NCBI GenBank assembly: GCA_002269645.1 | Contig: NIVC01000104.1 | Coordinates: 496,001 to 560,000 of the forward strand | DNA length: 64,000 nucleotides | Origin: Macrostomum lignano | Lineage: Eukaryota | Direction: 5' to 3' | Shown here: positions 1 to 12,278 of the stretch, piece by piece | Numbering within the stretch: position 1 is the stretch's first letter | How the letters are laid out: the number at the start of each line of letters is the position of its first letter | Position numbers and translations under genes: made by a program | The notes under the pieces: model-generated | Told to the model about the DNA's origin: nothing | The model's input: only the letters and a program-made list of their open reading frames with translations | Databases searched by the model: none

Positions 1-870
1 GAGACTGGCAGTGGGGTGGATAGGAGACACTGGCAGTGGGGTAGATAGGAGACTGGCAGTGGGGTGGATAGGAGACTGGCAGTGGGGTAGATAGGAGACT
101 GGCAGTGGGGTAGATAGGAGACTGTCAGTGGGGTAGATAGAAGACTGGCAGTGGGGTAGATAGGAGACTGGCAGTGGGGTAGATAGGAGACTGGCAGTGG
201 GGTGGATAGGAGACACTGGCAGTGGGGTGGATAGGAGACACTGGCAGTGGGGTGGATAGGAGACACTGGCAGTGGGGTGGATAGGAGACACTGGCAGTGG
301 GGTAGATAGGAGACTGGCAGTGGGGCAGATAGGAGACTGGCAGTGGGGTGGATAGGAGACTGGCAGTGGGGTAGATAGGAGACTGGCAGTGGGGTAGATA
401 GGAGACTGTCAGTGGGGCAGATAGGAGACACTGGCAGTGGGGTAGATAGGAGACTGGCAGTGGGGCAGATAGGAGACTGGCAGTGAGGCAGATAGGAGAC
501 TGGCAGTGGGGCAGATAGGAGACTGTCAGTGGGGTAGATAGGAGACTGTCAGTGGGGCAGATAGGAGACACTGGCAGTGGGGTAGATAGGAGACACTGGC
601 AGTGGGGCAGATAGGAGACACTGGCAGTGGGGTAGATAGGAGACTGGCAGTGGGGCAGATAGGAGACTGGCAGTGAGGCAGATAGGAGACTGGCAGTGGG
701 GCAGATAGGAGACTGTCAGTGGGGCAGATAGGAGACTGTCAGTGGGGTAGATAGGAGACTGGCAGTGGGGTAGATAGGAGACTGGCAGTGGGGTGGATAG
801 GAGACTGTCAGTGGGGTAGATAGGAGACTGGCAGTGAGGCAGATAGGAGACTGTCAGTGGGGTAGATAGG
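1..870. repeat. Minisatellite, 23/25-bp unit GAGACTGGCAGTGGGGTAGATAG
   Basis: Directly visible tandem array; runs off the left edge. Confidence 0.95.
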
Positions 871-1214
871 TGACAAAACAACATTCAGTCAAGTAAGATT
901 AAGGGAAGGAAAAGATCGGGATCTAAGACCCGTAATGACTGAGCATACCAACCACACTGCTCAAAAGTAACGCCCACACGAGCTCAACAGAGAGCTATGC
1001 AAGGCTCAATATAGTTAACAATAACTGTTTTTTCCTACTTAGAAAGGGTTCAGTTGGCTAGCAATAAACCATTTTAATAGCAGTGAATTATTGCCCTAAC
1101 TGCCGGCATATAATGCTCTTTCTTATATTTTTAGTCAGATCGAATGAAAAACAGATGCACTCGACTACAAGAGTAAATTATTAGAATCGCTGTAAGAATG
1201 GGATTCAATAATGT

Positions 1215-2960
1215 TAAAGATATAGAATGGGGATTACAGCTACTGAATGGGGATCAGAGCCAAAGAACTTAACTTCTGTAATCAGAGCTACTGAATGGGG
1301 ATCTGAGCTACTGAATGGGGATCAGAGCTACTGAATGAAGATCAGAGCTACTGAATGGGGATCAGAGCTACTGAATGGGGATCAGAGCTACTGAATGAAG
1401 ATCAGAGCTACTGAATGAAGATCAGAGCTACTGAATGGGGATCAGAGCTATCATATGGGGATCAGAGCTACTGAATGGGGATCAGAGCTATCATATGGGG
1501 ATCAGAGCTACTGAATGGGGATCAGAGCTACTGAATGGGGATCAGAGCTACTGAATGGGGATCAGAGCTACTGAATGAAGATCAGAGCTACTGAATGGGG
1601 ATCAGAGCTATCATATGGGGATCAGAGCTACTGAATGGGGATCAGAGCTATCATATGGGGATCAGAGCTACTGAATGGGGATCAGAGCTACTGAATGGGG
1701 ATCAGAGCTACTGAATGGGGATCAGAGCTACTGAATGGGGATCAGAGCTACTGAATGAAGATCAGAGCTACTGAATGGGGATCAGAGCTATCATATGGGG
1801 ATCAGAGCTACTGAATGGGGATCAGAGCTACTGAATGGGGATCAGAGCTACTGAATGGGGATCAGAGCTACTGAATGGGGATCAGAGCTACTGAATGAAG
1901 ATCAGAGCTACTGAATGGGGATCAGAGCTATCATATGGGGATCAGAGCTACTGAATGGGGATCAGAGCTATCATACGGGGATCAGAGCTACTGAATAGGG
2001 ATCAGAGCTACTGAATAGGGATCAGAGCTACTGAATGGGGATCAGAGCTACTGAATGGGGATCAGAGCTATCATATGGGGATCAGAGCTACTGAATGGGG
2101 ATCAGAGCTATCATATGGGGATTAGAGCTACTGAATGGGGATCAGAGCTACTATATGGGGATCAGAGCTACCGAATGGGGATTAGAGCTACTGAATAGGG
2201 ATTAGAGCTACTGAATAGGGATCAGAGCTACTGAATAGGGATTAGAGCTACTGAATCGGGATCAGAGCTACTGAATGGGGATCAGAGCTACTGAATGGGG
2301 ATCAGAGCTACTGAATGGGGATCAGAGCTATCATATGGGGATCAGAGCTACTGAATGGGGATCAGAGCTATCATATGGGGATTAGAGCTACTGAATGGGG
2401 ATCAGAGCTACTATATGGGGATCAGAGCTACCGAATGGGGATTAGAGCTACTGAATAGGGATTAGAGCTACTGAATAGGGATCAGAGCTACTGAATAGGG
2501 ATTAGAGCTACTGAATCGGGATCAGAGCTACTGAATGGGGATCAGAGCTACTGAATGGGGATCAGAGCTACTGAATGGGGATCAGAGCTATCATATGGGG
2601 ATCAGAGCTACTGAATGGGGATCAGAGCTATCATATGGGGATTAGAGCTACTGAATGGGGATCAGAGCTACTATATGGGGATCAGAGCTACCGAATGGGG
2701 ATTAGAGCTACTGAATAGGGATTAGAGCTACTGAATAGGGATCAGAGCTACTGAATGGGGATCAGAGCTACTGAATGGGGAACAGAGCCAAAGAACTTAC
2801 AGTTCTGTGATCAGAGCTACTAAAATGGGGATCTGAGCTACTAAAATTGGGATCTAAGCTACTAAAATGGGGATCTGAGCTACTAAAATTGGAATCTAAG
2901 CTACTAAAATGGGAATCTGAGCTACTAAAATTGGGATCTGAGGTACTGATGAAAATCACA
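1215..2960. repeat. Minisatellite, 20-bp unit ATCAGAGCTACTGAATGGGG (21-bp variant at the right end)
   Basis: Directly visible; contains a 260-bp higher-order repeat. Confidence 0.95.
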
Positions 2961-3002
2961 CAAAGGGCTCTCAGAGTTACACAAACAAGTGTAAACAAAT
3001 AC

Positions 3003-3385
3003 CTGTGCAGAGTCCAGGCTTCGCAGCAGGGAATTCGTTGAGCGCACAGCAACGGAAAATTGCCCATAACGCCGGTTTCCACGTTGAATCCGAGGCCCCA
3101 GCTGTGCTTGGGCGGAGTCACCCTGCCAACCAGAGCGATCCGATCTGTCGAGCTGTAGTGCAAATCGCCGTCGCAGTCTTCGGCCAATGGTCGCTCGCAG
3201 GACATCCGATAGAGCGGGTACAGCTGCTCAGTCAGTCCGTTTTTTAAACGAACGTCGCGCGATAACAGGCGAAGCTGCCACGAGCCCGAGGCTGAGGCAG
3301 CGGGCGCAGCTGCGTCGGACGGGTCGGGCAGGACCGCTCGGGTGTCCGGGTCGAGACGAAAGTGCTCGCTGATCTCCTTTTGCAC
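3003..3385 (-). CDS. UBASH3B: UBASH3/STS-like protein, exon with the end of the 2H domain and a divergent SH3 domain
   Basis: Acceptor CGCAG|GTG at 3386/3385 (phase 0, matches previous exon); donor CAG|GTATTT at 3003/3002 (phase 2). WQLRLLSRD...SWGLGFNVETGVMGNFP...EAWTLHR matches the UBASH3 WxxxxxSRD and SH3 (W.xG....TG..G..P....W..H) pattern. The His-phosphatase exons were not found and presumably lie left of the window. Confidence 0.85.
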
Positions 3386-3431
3386 CTGCGATGCGGAGGG
3401 TGGGGGTGTTCAACTTGGTAAATCTCTGTAG

Positions 3432-3870
3432 ACTAGCTGCAATCCAACCTAAATAACCCATATTGGAGCTGCAATCCAAACTAAATAACCCATATTGGAG
3501 CTGCAATCCAACCTAAATAACCCATATTGGAGCTGCAATCCAACCTAAATAACCCATATTGGAGCTGCAATCCAACCTAAATAACCCATATTGGAGCTGC
3601 AATCCAACCTAAATAACCCATATTGGAGCTGCAATCCAACCTAAATAACCCATATTGGAGCTGCAACCCAACCTAAATAACCCATATTGGAGCTGCAATC
3701 CAAACTAAATAACCCATATTGGAGCTGCAACCCAACCTAAATAACCCATATTGGAGCTGCAATCCAAACTAAATAACCCATATTGGAGCTGCAATCCAAC
3801 CTAAATAACCCATATTGGAGCTGCAATCCAAACTAAATAACCCATATTGGAGCTGCAACCCAACCTATAT
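3432..3870. repeat. Minisatellite, 32-bp unit GGAGCTGCAATCCAACCTAAATAACCCATATT
   Basis: Directly visible tandem array in the UBASH3 intron. Confidence 0.95.
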
Positions 3871-4511
3871 AACACACAATAGACCTCAATGTTCAATAAG
3901 TCTCTCCGACTAAAGAACAGACTTCTCACTACTTGCAGTCTAGTTCTATTGCATTACAAAGTTCAGCACTATGTAAATGATTCAATAAAGCAAATATAAG
4001 CAGAAATATGAAACTACACAATTGACTTAGCTAAAGAACTAGCCCAGATTAGACTTGTCAAATATTAACATTTAGTCAGGTGTTTCAATACGTTCTTCTA
4101 TACAATATAACTATACTGCAAACCAGATAAAAAGTTCAAGCATAGTTGTTGGAAACTTTTATAATTTTATCACACAAACCATGGGATATTTTTCATTTAA
4201 AGCAGAATTCATTTCTTTCCAATTTAGCCTACCTGGCATCCCAGGGTTTGGAATCCAATTGACAACAGTCACCTGCTTGTCTGAGAGAGTTGTTGCCAAG
4301 CAACCTTATCTGGGTTGTTTTTTTATCAATTTATATGTAACAAACCACACAATTGAAGTAGTTATTATGACAGCACAGTGCAGAACAAAGAGAAACTGTC
4401 TGTGTATTGTGCGTCATTACTTTGAAGCTAGATGAAATTCACTTCAATTTTTACACATCTGGTAGTTATTGACAATCAATAATAATTGTATAATTAATGG
4501 TACTAGACCAG

Positions 4512-4841
4512 AGGTTTAGCTCGGCGATCTGATGTGCCAGCGGCCCAGGCTCGATTCCACGTGCAGTCACTTTAACTTGGGGCTGAATTGGAATCTCGGA
4601 TAGGCTCTGCTCGTGCAATTAACACCCTTGAGGGCCAACCCCCGGGCACAGTGAAGTGTACATGCCTAACGATAAATACAGTTAGGGCCGCTGTGCACTC
4701 CTGTGTGAGTGTGTGCCTGTGCGTATGACTGCGTACGTATCCGCCCGCTTGTGTGCCTGCTCAGGGGAGTCGGCGGAATGGGCAGGCAATGCCTCTCGTC
4801 GTTTGTGCGACAATGTCGCTTCAAGTGCGCCAGGGTGCACC
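4512..4841 (+). mobile_element. tRNA-like SINE, copy 1 (in the UBASH3 intron)
   Basis: A-box-like TAGCTCGGCG and B-box-like GGCTCGATTCC; about 300 bp is highly similar to the reverse complement of 42156-42482. Confidence 0.75.
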
Positions 4842-4924
4842 AGTGTTAAGATCTATTAGTCAGTCAGTCATCTCTAGAAGATTCTATAGACTGCGTGGAA
4901 TCAGCAGCCTTTCGGAATCACAGA

Positions 4925-5415
4925 TTCCTAGGTGATCTACACTCGGAGATCTATAGACAGAAGCATAATGATCTACAGACAGAAACCTGGTCATCTCTAG
5001 ACTCAGGCGATCTATAGATAGAAACCTGATGATCATCTCTAGACTCAGGTGATCTACAGACAGAAACCTGATGATCATCTCTAGACTCAGGTGATCTACA
5101 GACAGAAACCTGATGATCATCTCTAGACTCAGGTGATCTACTGACAGAAACCTGATGATCATCTCTAGACTCAGATGATCTACAGACAGAAACCTGATTA
5201 TCTCTAGACTCAGGTGATCTACAGACAGGAACCTGATGCTCTCAAGACTCAGGTGATCTACAGATAGAAACCTGATGCTCTCAAGACTCAGGTGATCTAC
5301 AGACAGGAACCTGATGCTCTCAAGACTCAGGTGATCTACAGATAGAAACCTGATGCTCTCAAGACTCAGGTGATCTACAGACAGGAACCTGATGCTCTCA
5401 AGACTCAGGTGATCA
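4925..5415. repeat. Minisatellite, 39/42-bp unit GATCTACAGACAGAAACCTGATGCTCTCAAGACTCAGGT
   Basis: Directly visible; explains the SVDHLSLESIRFL repeats in ORF 4884..5933. Confidence 0.93.
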
Positions 5416-5429
5416 GGAGACAGTCTCAC

Positions 5430-5936
5430 CTGCAGATATTGGGCCTGTTGAAAGTCGCAGCAGAGGCTGAGCAGATGCGGCGGCTGTCGGGCGGTCACAC
5501 GAATGCCAACCCGTTCGCAGGCGCTGAGAAAAACTCCAGCCAAATCCAGCAGCGCCTGATCAGCCTCGATGACGAAGCGCAAATGATTGTCGTTGAAGTT
5601 GCTGGGCACCAAGCGGAGCCGTTTAACTAAGCGACGATTAGAAAATAGTCGAGCTGCCGTGTTGTAGGCTCTCAGCAGGTCCAGGTAGCTGCTTGGAGAC
5701 ACTTCAAATGGCTCGACTATCGTAGCGTGCGGCATGAAGTCCATGGAGGCGCACCAGCCTCTGGCCGCGCGGTAGCGAGACCAGAATTCCTGGAAGCTGG
5801 ATTCGACAGAGCCGACTGGGCACAGGTGCAGGTAGAACTCTCTGGGACTGGCGCCGCCAAGGCTGGGATCGTTGGAGTGATTGCATAGCCAGGCTGCCGC
5901 GACCCGATCACCAGCCAGGGCTGTCGCCGCCACCGC
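5430..5936 (-). CDS. UBASH3B: UBASH3/STS-like protein, exon with the C-terminal part of the UBA domain plus the 2H phosphoesterase domain
   Basis: Translation AVAATALAGDRVAAAWLCNHSNDPSLGGASPREFYLHLCPVG...EFW...FMPHATI recognisably parallels UBASH3A/B (ALAxTG...WLxxHxxDPxLDDPxPxEYxLxLxPxG...FW...FPHxTL). Donor CAG|GTGAGA at 5430/5429, phase 0. The 5' boundary is uncertain (acceptor candidates end at 5937 or 5944). The supplied ORF 4884..5933 reads through into an intronic 39-bp repeat. Confidence 0.88.
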
Positions 5937-8107
5937 CTGGTTGCTAAGGGGATTTTGATGGGAATTTATTAGAAACTTTTCTTCACACAGGAAGTCTAGT
6001 TATCAACAGATTGATTGACTTTTGTTGACCTAAAACTTGTAATGATAAGTATAACAAACAACAATTGATACTTAAAGAAGCAAATCAGTAGAACTATACA
6101 TACATGAAATACACCTTGTACTATACATGAAACAGGTTATGAATATAAAACCTGGCTATAATTAGACAAGTCAAATTAAAGTCAATTGCTAAAACTATGT
6201 TTTTTGAGTGATTTGATTTATTATTTTTGTACATATTTGCATATTGTATACATGTTTTACCTAGGTTTTTAGTTTTTCCTTTCAATGCAATTTTTAATAC
6301 ATTTTTATTGAAAAAAAAGTTTTAATATTGTCAATTTTGTTTTTACTCTGTTTTTATGTCTATATTAATATTTATCCTTTTTATTTTACATCTATTAAAA
6401 AATTTCTGCATCATATGAGCATATATATATAATTGTCTAGTTATAAATAAATAGTAATAAAGTTAAATATAAATAAAAAATACAATTCAAATAAAATAAA
6501 TAATGTATGCATATGAAAAACTTTCTAACTTTTATTTATTTTTGATGATATATAGTTTTTTAATCATATATATCTACTGAATTCTATTCAAGAAAGATTT
6601 AATGGAATCTAAGGTGATTGATTTAGCAACTAACATATAAGAATAGCATGGCATCATCCACAATGCATTAGCTAGAGACCAATAATCTCAGTTAATGCTC
6701 CTTGATTGCTACTCATCACTAGTGCAAAGTGACTCAAATAAATAGAGCAGTTGTCCAAGTTAAGATTTTGTCTGCATTGCCCCCCTTCTCCCAATGTTTA
6801 GTACCACATAGTCTTAATAAAGAGATTTAGGAGACAAAGTGACACTGCATATTTATGAATTAATAGCTCATTGATAATAGCCTTGCACATATATAAAACT
6901 AAATATCTATAAGAAAAATAAGCATTGGATATGCTGTTGCTATCCACATGTTTTGATTAGGCAAGTCCTTTATAAAGTCTTACTAAGTATTGGGCCAAGA
7001 TGAAATTCATTCCAAAAACAAATAATATGTTCTATATAGAAGGTAAAAAAATTAAATGCATTTGCACACAAATTTTTTTACCTTAAAGGAGCTTTAGAGA
7101 ATTTATATTGGTACTAATATTACCATTGTTATATTAAAATCCAAAAGTTTGTAAAAGTTTGCAAAAAATCCATTGTTCTACATGTCTTTCTTGGTTAGAT
7201 TTCTTAGTCTATGCTCTTGATGAATAAAGTACAACCTAGGCATTGGGGAGGCAATGCAGACAAAATTGTTAACAGTCCATTTTGATAATAGCCACTTTGG
7301 TAACAAGTGAGAATAATAGTATATATTATATTTGATATGCTCTAAAAGAATGTGCAAACAAACTTTAAAGAAAGAATGAAAAAAACGTGTGTAACTGTGT
7401 GTTTAACTTGTTTAAAAATCTATGTTAACTTCCAAATAAGTCAGATATATGCACCAAGACATCCTGTAATTGACCAAATATTATACACCATGTGGCGAAA
7501 TCCATAAATGTGGGATAATATGGTAAAACAAATCTGCGGACATTCAATGGAAAGTAATGTATCTAAAAAAGGTTTTTGAAAGATAGATAGGTCTTTAAAA
7601 TAGTTCTGGATAAAAACTATTGTTTTCATGCTTTATATCGTTGAATAAATAAGAAAAAAACCACAAAAAAAGCATTTTAAAAGTCCAAGTTGACCAATTT
7701 GCAATTTTTTGTTTCACTTTTTTCATTATTAAACAATTAATTTTAAGACTTATAGGCCTTAGAGAAGGCTAATTTTTTACTACTTACAAACAGAAAGTAA
7801 TATGTGTTTTACTTTTTATTCTATTCAAAAAGATGAAGTATTTCTAAGGATTTTTAAGTTTTTCTAAAACCATATAAACTCGCGAAAATTCATACTAATT
7901 TAAAGTGCAAAGTTTGCCAGCAAACATCTTTCTCTAAAAGTAAATATATCGCTAATTCCTTGTTGCAAAATAATCTTTAAGTTGTTTTCTTTCATTTAAA
8001 TATGAACTTGCATAGTATTAGTGTTTGAAGAAACTTTGAAGAAACTGAAGAAAAAATATGCCTATATTTAGACTTAAAATTTTTGGGTAAAAATGGTACC
8101 AAAAAAT

Positions 8108-8640
8108 GTGAACCCGGCATCCAAATCAAATGCTTCATTGCTTCCTATATGCTTATTAAGCGACCAAGAACAATGAAATTACACTAAAACATGTATCATT
8201 GTGGCGTATATGCAGGAAAAATTTTTCCAAATTGCTTTGGTAGAAGCTGAGTAAAATGCAATTTTCCAATCCTTTTGGAATTCCAATGTGTTACCCGGCT
8301 TCCTAATCAGATGCTTACTGTATGCTTATTAAGCAACAAAGAACAATGAAATTACACTAAAACATGTATCATTGCGGCGTGTATGCAGGAAAAAAAGAAT
8401 TTTCCAAATTGCTTTAGTAGACGCTGAGTAAAATGCAATTTTCCAATCCTTATGGGAATCCCAATGTGTTACCCGGCTTTTAAATCAGATGCTTACTGTA
8501 TACTCATTAAGCGACAAAGAACAATGAAATTACAATAAAACATGTATCACCGCGGCATGTATCAAGGAAAAAAAGAATTTTCCAAATCGCTTTGGTAGAA
8601 GCTGAATAAAATGCAATTTTCCAATCCTTATGGGAATTTG
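8108..8640. repeat. Three tandem copies of an approximately 180-bp AT-rich unit
   Basis: ACCCGGC...ATGCTTA...AACAATGAAATTACA.TAAAACATGTATCA...GCAATTTTCCAATCCTT recurs at about 8112, 8292 and 8470. Confidence 0.85.
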
Positions 8641-11600
8641 TATGCTTAAATAATAAACTTACGTTGAATACAATTTATTGCAAACAAACTCTACAAAATA
8701 CACATTGTCAAGAGTAACGAAAGTGATTAACAAATAAACCCTTAAAAATAATGTCAAATATGTTGTAGAATTATAGAGTGTAACATTATAAGATAGTTAA
8801 GTTAATAAAATACATTATTATAGCTTTTCTATCATTTTCATTAGAGTCATTTTAGGTCGTAATTAAACTTACCATTTTAACAAACCATTTTATTAAAAAT
8901 AAAGCTATATGTAAATAATTTGTGCTTTTATAGACTGTTTTACCTTTTAAAAACCTAAATAAATTTATTTTATAGCTTTATTGCTTTCAAATTGCCTAAA
9001 ATGAATTTTCATAAAACTTGTCCCCGATTTTTAGATTTTGCCATGTAATATTAGAATCTCTGATCTAAATAGCAACACCAACTAACTGTCCAACTTACAA
9101 TTATAGAATATACCTTTGTCTTCATTAATTTTTTTAAAATTAAAATTTTTTTATGCAAGCTTTGCTTAATTTTCTTTGCTTTAAAATTTTTCACAAAATT
9201 TAAACAAATTATAATATTTTTAAATGTGAAAATTTAACCATTATATGGCAATAGGATACTTAAGATAATAATTATATAACTATTTATTGCTAAACTTAAT
9301 TATGATTAAATTACTTATAAAGTTAATTTACTAAATTTATTTACTAAATTATTTACTAAGATTAATTTACTAAAACTTTATGTAGAGCTAGGTCCACTAA
9401 AAAATAATTTAAAGAGAATGACTTACATTTCTTCCTGCTTATAGCCTCTCCTGGCAAGAATTTTACAAATGGCGGTGAATCTCCTTTTATCTTCATTTGA
9501 ATTAGTATTGACAATATAAAATGGATAGTTCATTTATTAGGCCTATAGATAAGGGCACAGGAAATGAGATGAAATATTTTTGTAAGCCTAATTAGGAAGA
9601 CTAGGCCTAAGAGGACTTTCGTCACTTTCCTTGAAAGTTAGAGCCAAGATGAGCAGGCTTGAATTGATTATAGGCTTTGCTTATATAGCCTAATAGGCCT
9701 ATTTAGTCTAATTTTATGTAAAATAGTAGTCAGTCCTCGATGAACCTAGCATTTAAAATTTATAAGCAAACTTATAACGATGAGAAGTCAGTTTGTAGAC
9801 CAAAGAGACGAAATTCACAACGTTTTAACCCTAAATGTTGTGAATTTAAAATCTATCCTCTAGCTAGGCTCTAGCTAGGTGCAGTCAACATGATCAGCTT
9901 AGCAATTAGATATAGTTAGTTATTTTTGTAAGCAAAGTTTTGCTATTTTGAATGCCCTGGCTTGGAGTTACAGAGTAAAAAGGGTAAAAGTAAAATATAC
10001 AGTTACTGAGTTAACTGACCGGCTCAATATTAAATCAGCTGATAATAAACCTCACAGTCAAATTTGTCTTAAATGCAATAATAACAAACTATTTAACAGA
10101 ATACAAAAAGAATTAGTTGTTAAAACAAAATTCTGTGGAATTTTATCTAAAAAAGTTTTTGTTGTCGGCTTCTAAACTTTATTTTAGTGTTTGGTTACTG
10201 CAAAGTTTAACGCAGCATTTTGAATGGATTGAATTCTATGAATATGCTTTCGAAATTCATTGTTTAGCAATTTGACGATCGTTGTTCGCACATTTTTTTG
10301 CAGAACAATACATTATAATATCGTCAAACAGAAAAACAATGAAAAGAATCTGCGGTCGCAGCACGTGACAACGAATGGTCTATGGCGAATGCAGGTAATC
10401 GTCGTCACATGATGGGGACACATCGAACTTGACCGCTGATTATTTATCTATTGTTAAGAGTTTTTAACAAAGCATATACCGAGAGTTTAGTAGCTACTGA
10501 TAGATACAATAAAGACAGTATAAAATCGCATAGTGTTCATGTAGTCCAGTAAAATTTTGGTAAGAAATCTAGGCCCTAACTAAAACTAAACTTGAAGTAA
10601 CTAAAACTTATGCTGACTTTGAATCCATGAGACTTTTTATGGTCTTAGCTGGGTGGCCCTCTTGAAATCCTCAAGACCTTTGCCTGTGGCATAAATAAAA
10701 ATTAATAAGTTAAATTTTCTTTTTATGATTTGCTTGTAGTTATTTTTTTCTTTGATTTTGGAGAACTATATTGTGATTCTGTAATTATAAGGTCTGAAGG
10801 TCAAGGTCAGTTCAAGCCACTCTGGGGCTCTGGTCAGGTTGGATTAAATTTGAGTTTTAAGGAATTATAATGTTAATTATTCCTATTATCATTGTATGTA
10901 TCAATCATGACTTATTGATCAATGTTAAAAATCTGTTTAAATATGCTAGTACTTACTGCATAACTTCAGTTTCTTACTCTAAATTATTTTCTAAATTTTC
11001 AACATTTAACATTTAGTCTATAAAATATAAAGGTAAAAAGTCAAAGTCACAGTAAAAAGTAAATGAGTCACATAGACATAATGTAGTATTCTAAAGCAGG
11101 AAAGTAAAGCAGGTTACTAAATTAATGTTCTAGAAATACTAGAAAATAATCTATAATGCTAAAATAATAACAATGCCAAAATATCTAGAAAATAATTTAG
11201 TGGGAAATCAAAGTTATACCAATCTCTTCAGACTTCCCTGCAGCTAAGTTATATCAATCAATAGTATATAAGTATATAATTGGGATTGAAACCTATTAGT
11301 TTATTTAGCCATTCTTGGATGTAACCTAGGGATTCACCTGGCCATTTCTATTGGCAACATACACATATAAATTGCTATTGGACAGAATAGTAATCATGTG
11401 ACTCAAACTGCAGCTAAGTTGTTAGTTGTACATCTACATCTACGAAAGTATAACGGGGAGGCCCAATAGGAGCCATTAGCCAAAGGAGATTCACGCATCA
11501 CTTGAGGGTTACATGGCTGGGCTTCTCACTTGCCAATCATCAGGGCTATTTTTGGGCATGTAGATCTTGTGCATCTGAGAGTCTTTGCCAAGGCTAGACG

Positions 11601-12278
11601 CTTGTTCATATATCATGTGTGTTTTGGTTGATTTCTCCCATCCTCTTGCTAATGGTGCTTTTGTTTCACTTCACGGTGGCAGATTTAGGGGGAGGCATAC
11701 AGGGTGTGCATTCCCTGTCAAGTTAGAATTTTTTTTCGAATTTATTTTATTTTTTATTTATTTTTCCATTTAAAATTTTCAAGACTGTATGTACCTGCCA
11801 AAAGTATAGATTTTTCTCTTATATTCCATCTTCTTTCCACTCTTATTTGGCCTGCAGCAATGATCTAGATTTCTTATCTGGCCCCTTTAACTAAAAAGTT
11901 TACTGACATAGTCTAATTGTATAGATAGGTTTTTTAATATACCATACAAAGCTAGTCATGTTATCCTTTGCTATGAATGCTTGAGCCTTGGCATACTAAT
12001 GTGATAGCCATTTGCAAAGATACCTAAGTTAAAAAAATAATTTTTAACAAAATTTTGTTGAATTCACAATATTGCCAAATCACTAGACATTGGGTTTATG
12101 TTTTAGAAGATAGAATTAAGGATCAATAGATGCAATGATAATTTGATTGATCAAGGAGGTGACAGGCACAATTGTAGTACAAAATTAGCACAATAATGCT
12201 GTTTTGCATCTTTTACATGTATATGAAAAAATATCTCTACAATTTCAGACGAAACTGATTTTATGCTCAAAGCAAAAG

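Noticed and set aside
6760-7270. Approximately 30-bp inverted repeat TTTTGTCTGCATTGCC...CCCAATG around a possibly decayed coding-like segment
   Set aside because: Too short, no TSD, and translations are full of stops with no recognisable family.
11674-11720. CGGTGGCAGATTTAGGGGG, resembling a MITE terminus like 36164-36179
   Set aside because: No partner TIR or TSD found; only a remnant at best.
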